A stretch of DNA of 62,163 nucleotides, the filler included. It is 12 parts of 12 records of this genome, joined end to end, with 100 filler letters (N's around TTAATTAATTAA, not from the genome) between each part and the next. Parts side by side here need not be neighbours in the genome. Positions count along the whole stretch, not along the records: positions 51,573 to 56,175 come from SRR9670534_1354; positions 56,276 to 58,525 come from SRR9670534_1356; positions 58,626 to 62,163 come from SRR9670534_1358; 9 more parts are not named here. One strand, 5' to 3'. This document shows positions 54,462-62,163 of this stretch, piece after piece (the stretch's first letter is position 1; every line of letters starts with the position of its first letter). The translations under genes and the position numbers were made by a program. The notes under the pieces were generated by a model, which was given only the letters and a program-made list of their open reading frames with translations, was not told where the DNA came from and made no database searches.

Positions 54462-55932
54462 TTACCAGACAACAACCTTTGCTTCATTTTCTCCACCAGT
54501 ATTAGTACGTCCACGAGGAGCATAACGATCCTTGATTTGTTTCACCTTTCGATCAATCATTTTAAATTGCCATGTCCAATCGCAGTATAGAAAAGGTCTG
54601 TGATCAAACCTATTATCATCTGGATTAACTTTGGTCATATGTACCACAGGTGTAGCTACCGTTGTTTTATGGCGATTTCTGCCATAGCAAACGAAAAACG
54701 CTTTCACTTTTCTTGCAGTCTAAGCATACTGCGTGAATATACAATATTACCTATAGTACTGAGTACAAGAAAACCAACCTCATCCACATCACAAAATTCT
54801 TGCCCTTCTTCATCAATCAAAGTGCAAAACATGGTATAAGGTCCTGCAAAGTTCATCTTTCTAATCCGGCCGAAAATTTCAATTTCTTCTTCAGATAGAG
54901 ATGTCTAAAAAAACATACCCTAACATTGGCCGATATATTGAATAGTTTTCAAAACTTCTGAAAAGTACCCATTTTCCACGGTATTCCTTATAGACAGCTT
55001 CGAATTTGATCTTCTCGTTATAATGATTGCTAAGCCTGTAGAAGAATATTCAATGTGCGAAAAGTTGTCGGTAATACAGATGCGTAATTTACAACACTAC
55101 TTCAATAAGAAAACTTACTTAGCAATAATTTCCTTGGGCAAAACTTTAGGATGCCGATCTGCGAAAAATATTAATAGTTCATACAAATGTTTTGTGCTTA
55201 TACCACCAAGTGGATTTATGTCTCCACAGTAACTACCATATTTGGTATAGTTACCACACAAACTATAAAAAGTAAATTAATAAAAGTTGGCAGCATTTCC
55301 AAAAATGTTAAAATAGTACTTATCAGCCAATTGGCTACTTCCAAGAACCAACAATTCTTTTCCTCCAATACTGCTGAATATATAGCCAACTACAAGCTTA
55401 AGACGATCCTAAACAGAGTTATTCTCCTAAATTTAATAAATTATTGTTTTATTGAATAAGTCACTAAGTATAAAAATAATAGGGTTTATCAAATTAATAA
55501 AATAATAACTTTAGATTATTAATAATTATTAATAACTTACTTCAGCACTTTTGAAATTTTTTGCATTGCTAATTTCCATCATTTTATCATTCTTGCTATT
55601 TGACGTTATGACAGTTTCCACCTTTTCAAAAAGTTCATTGCACGTGTCCTTTATATAGCCAAAGTGATAATAATTGCTAAAAGTATACCATAGTACTTAC
55701 AATACCATAGTACTTACTTGTTAGTCGTTCTGATGCGATGCTATAGAATTTGCTTACATTCCCAAATTATCAGAAATTTCCTTGGCTAGTTGAACATTGT
55801 TATCACCATCATGCGAAGACAAATTAACGCCAACAAGAATCATTTTCATTAAATCCTTAACAGGTGTATCTCTTGCAATTGAAGTTTCTTTTAAGCAACC
55901 TTGAAGTGTTGTCAGTAGATTGTCATTTCCAT
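54462..55932 (-). CDS. NADSYN1: Divergent glutamine-dependent NAD+ synthetase, synthetase domain, 5' truncated
   Basis: Spliced exons give DRLKLVVGYIF...LLVLGS...YTKY....DINPLGGIS, FGRIRK...GPYTMFC and KVKAFF..Y.RNRHK...PDDNRFDHRPFLY...WQF. Confidence 0.85.
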
Positions 55933-56275
55933 CTATACAAATTTATATTATACTATAGTGAATTAACTTAAGTGTTGATAATTACTTTAATAAAATTATC
56001 AATACTTAATTATCATAATAATTTGATTATATTAAGTCATTCTAAACCAATAAAAATTTAATAATTAATATGATAAACATATAAATAACCTACTAATTTA
56101 AAATTAATAATTCAAGTTATTAATTTATTAAGTTAATTATTCAAGTTATTATTAATAATAATTATAATTAATAATNNNNNNNNNNNNNNNNNNNNNNNNN
56201 NNNNNNNNNNNNNNNNNNNTTAATTAATTAANNNNNNNNNNNNNNNNNNNNNNNNNNNNNNNNNNNNNNNNNNNN

Positions 56276-57212
56276 TGTAAAGTGGTTTCATGCAAATATG
56301 AATATGCTCAATTTTACTTTTTTCTTGCGGAGTTTCAATTTTGAAGAACTGGGGTACAGACTTGTCATCAAATAATTTATTGCTAAATGTGACACCAACT
56401 ACTACCCCATACTGTTGTACATTGTCAATGAAACACGAAATCAAAACAGGATAGTGCTGTCTCTTGAGGTAGGTATGCTTACGAAAGTAGGCCTCAATGG
56501 ATAGTACAGAAAATCTTGATGAATTATTGAATCTAATTAAAAAATTGCAAAAAAAATTAGTTTCATTAGCATGACTATGACCAAATGCTCTAATAGCTAA
56601 AGTTGGTTTAGTTCTGTTGTCATAGAAGATGGAATATACATAAAAGTTAAGAAAGTCTGGGACAGACACCCATCCATGGCCTATACCCACTATCTTGATT
56701 TTGTTGGAGCGTTCAGAAGTCATATTTATTAATGGCAAAAAAATAGTTTTGTTTGACCTTATATTTGCATGAAAAGGAAATCTTCCATCATATGAACATA
56801 TTGATCTTCCACTACTATAATAACTATAATCATGCGCAATTTTACCCAGAAAGTCATTGCTTGTATTAGTGCATTTAAAATCACCCTTTATACGAGAAAC
56901 AAGATTCCAATCAATTTCATTCTTTTCAACAATGAAATCCAACCCTTGTTTAGAATAATGTCCAGATTCATTAATCCTTGGATGGTTTAATGAATTATCA
57001 TTTTTATCAATAACTTTCAAATCATCTTCAGAATTATATCTGGTTAGATTAATCACTGGCAGGAAATAGTCGTTCACAGTAATGTTATGTTGCAATATTG
57101 TACTATGTACATGCAGATAGTAAGGATAAAACAATACTGCTTGAAGAATAACATAAAACAATATTGAAAGACAAATAATCACTTTTAGCGCTTTTACAGA
57201 AAATGATTTCAT
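56276..57212 (-). CDS. Type II membrane glycosyltransferase, GT92/DUF23-like, 3' truncated
   Basis: N-terminal signal anchor and stem, then FYVYSIFYDNR..IRAFG..FFCNF..LISC and HICMKPL at the start of the GT92 core. Confidence 0.7.
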
Positions 57213-59077
57213 GTCTGGTTCTCTCTGTAAGAGATAGACCTTGCAAGAGAATGGGGTTTGTTAATGTTGTTGTTCAACATGAAATGCAATAGCAATACCT
57301 GGTGAATTTTACCATTATTTAAAACACAAAAGAAGGTATGGGTTCTTTTGTTGTCGATAATTTACTTGCATGTAAGGTATGCATCGTTATTATTCATATT
57401 ATTACAGTCATTATTATTATAACTCTATACAGTCAAATACAGGTGAATTTTGGCAACCCTAAAAGTTCTCATTGATTCTGAATATGTAACCCATTTTCTC
57501 TGGCATAGCACCGTTTTCGAGAATTTTTCACTTTTCGAATTTCCATAGGTTTGTATCGGAGAAAGGTATACAACATAATAATGTCAATAAAACAATAAAA
57601 CTCGACATGATATTTCGATTTTACATCATTATTGGGAGTACTGTACAGACTGTGCTGGCGGCTTTCAATTTGCATAACTAAAATTGTTATTATTAATAAT
57701 TATAATTAGCCTACTAATTATAAAGTGTTTTTTCAAACATGCTTTTCATGTGAACTTGTCATACTCTGCTGCAACTGTAAACATAGTATTGGTACTCTTG
57801 AAAAATGAGTCATCAATACTATATAACAAGGTAATATCAATAGTATAACAAGGTAAGCGACCCTGGGACCCGGGGTCCCTTTTTATCTTCGCCATTTTGG
57901 ATCATTCACACTGCTGTGATTGCATTGCTGGAATTTTGTTCTACAGTGTAGTTCAACTACTAATTACAGTAACGCTTACCTACTACTAACTACAGCTTGT
58001 ATGTATAGTACTGAGTATAGTGTTATGATTATTAATAACAACAAGGTATACCGAGATGCATTGTTGACTAAACTGAAATGAATAATACAATGACATAATA
58101 ATGAATAATACAATGGTCGTCTTAAGGCAAATTTGTTATTGTTATATTTTATTGTTAATGAAAGGTGGTGTAGATATGAATAAAAAAGGGTGTAGCTCTT
58201 CTTTGGAAAACAAATAAATGATGATGCATTATGTTGAGACAGTCCACTTCTTACTGCAAAATGATGGTATTGGCAGAACCCATCTCCGAAGTAATTTTGT
58301 GAACACGCAATTAAATTCAAATTCACTTAAAATTGTGAAGACTTCAGCAGCTACTGCAGTCTTTGCATTTTTAAGTGAAGTCAATTGCCTACGTCATCAT
58401 TGAAAACCTAGCTCATCATTGAAAAGAGATCAAAGATATCATTATTATTAATAATAATGTCTGTCGCCCACTGGGCAGATGAACTGGTACTCAGGTGAGT
58501 AAAATTGGTACTCATTCGAGATAGCNNNNNNNNNNNNNNNNNNNNNNNNNNNNNNNNNNNNNNNNNNNNTTAATTAATTAANNNNNNNNNNNNNNNNNNN
58601 NNNNNNNNNNNNNNNNNNNNNNNNNTTTTTCATGGTACAGCCATGCTCCAGTGGCTCAAACGTACCCGGGTCCCGGACAAACATTTTCAGGAATTTTTTT
58701 ATAAGAAGTAGTATTATTAATTAATAGATCATAGCAAGAGATTTATTATAATAATATAATATACATATGTTTTACTATAAAAGCATAGGGTTATATTAGC
58801 ATATTATAATAATGACCTAAATTATTGTTAGTAGTAGGTATGTTATAATATTTTGATCTAAAAGTAAATAGGCCTACTATTTCCTAACAAGCAATAGTGA
58901 TATCCATGCCAAAGTTATCTATATTATATAATACGTGTACAGAAGAAGTTGCAAAGTGTTTATAAAGTGCACTTGTCTATATCAAATTGATACTATGCAC
59001 ATTATATGCATTATATAATGTATACTAATAGCTCTTAGTATTATTTAATATACTAGTACATTGAAAGAGTGAAAGCC

Positions 59078-61555
<2,478 letters not shown>

Positions 61556-62163
61556 AACTTCAAATTAAGAATTGTGACTAAACTTAAATATTTTTATTCA
61601 AATTATTAATAAAATTATAATATATGGTATATTATTTTAGTAATACTACAGTAGTATATTATTATTAAATGGGAAAGTTTTCCTATAAAATGTATAATAT
61701 TATATCCGTTATGACAAAATATAGAGTCAATAAATCTTTTTTGCATTATTATTATTATTATTAATATATCGTGCCAATTTGACACTCATTATTATTGAAT
61801 AAGTAATCTTGTCAATGATAGTTATTATCATCATTATTATTACTAATAATACAATTAATAATAGTAAGTAATTATGATTATTATTTATAGTCATATTATG
61901 ATGATAACTTGTTATTTACAAGCTATTAGAAAAGGTAAGCAAAGTGACTTCTTATTATTAACAAAGAAGAGTAGATCTATTTGGGGTGGAATTTGCTTCA
62001 AACCGATTTATATAAGGTAACTATAGTTACATATAGGGGTTCTATTGATAAATACAATGTCGTTGCAACAATAGCTTTATTATGATAAACTTGAGGTAAT
62101 TACGCCTAAGCTACTGCTGATATTATTAATAATAATATTATTCTAGCCTCGGGATAATAACAG

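Noticed and set aside
55540-55932. Small-GTPase-like segment (MILVG...)
   Set aside because: Splicing to downstream exons shows it is part of the NAD synthetase domain.
6635-58625. Recurring palindrome TTAATTAATTAA as a CRISPR-like or biological repeat
   Set aside because: It is always centred in exactly 44+44 N, so it is a six-frame-stop concatenation linker. Gene neighbourhoods across these spacers were not interpreted.

Overview
AT-rich metazoan (invertebrate) nuclear DNA with short GT-AG introns, many 45-60 nt. It is not one locus: twelve contig segments are joined by eleven identical 100-bp artificial spacers (44 N + TTAATTAATTAA + 44 N), so adjacency across spacers means nothing. Host genes recognised by eye are CaMKI, a DUF4592/CRACD-like fragment, NFRKB, intronless RalGPS, a secreted protein with three tandem modules of degenerate LDLa repeats, a galanin/allatostatin-A-like GPCR, an mXR/mangetout-type class C GPCR, a short RPA1-like gene, a PY-motif membrane protein, MPDU1, an intronless NQO-type flavoprotein, an SLC16 and an SLC7 transporter, a USPL1-like Zn-ribbon protein, RSPH4/6, a divergent NADSYN1, a GT92-like glycosyltransferase and an OAT gene broken by a 14-nt insertion. 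The most unusual object is a ~8 kb APE-type non-LTR retrotransposon (7053-15061). It has nearly continuous coding capacity of ~2500 codons, a very large unrecognised upstream region, a degenerate SGNH-like domain, a Cys-rich insert inside the RT palm and a (TAG)n tail. Two intronic 32-38 bp hairpins with flanking direct repeats look like P-element-superfamily excision footprints. All family assignments come from remembered motifs; no searches were run.
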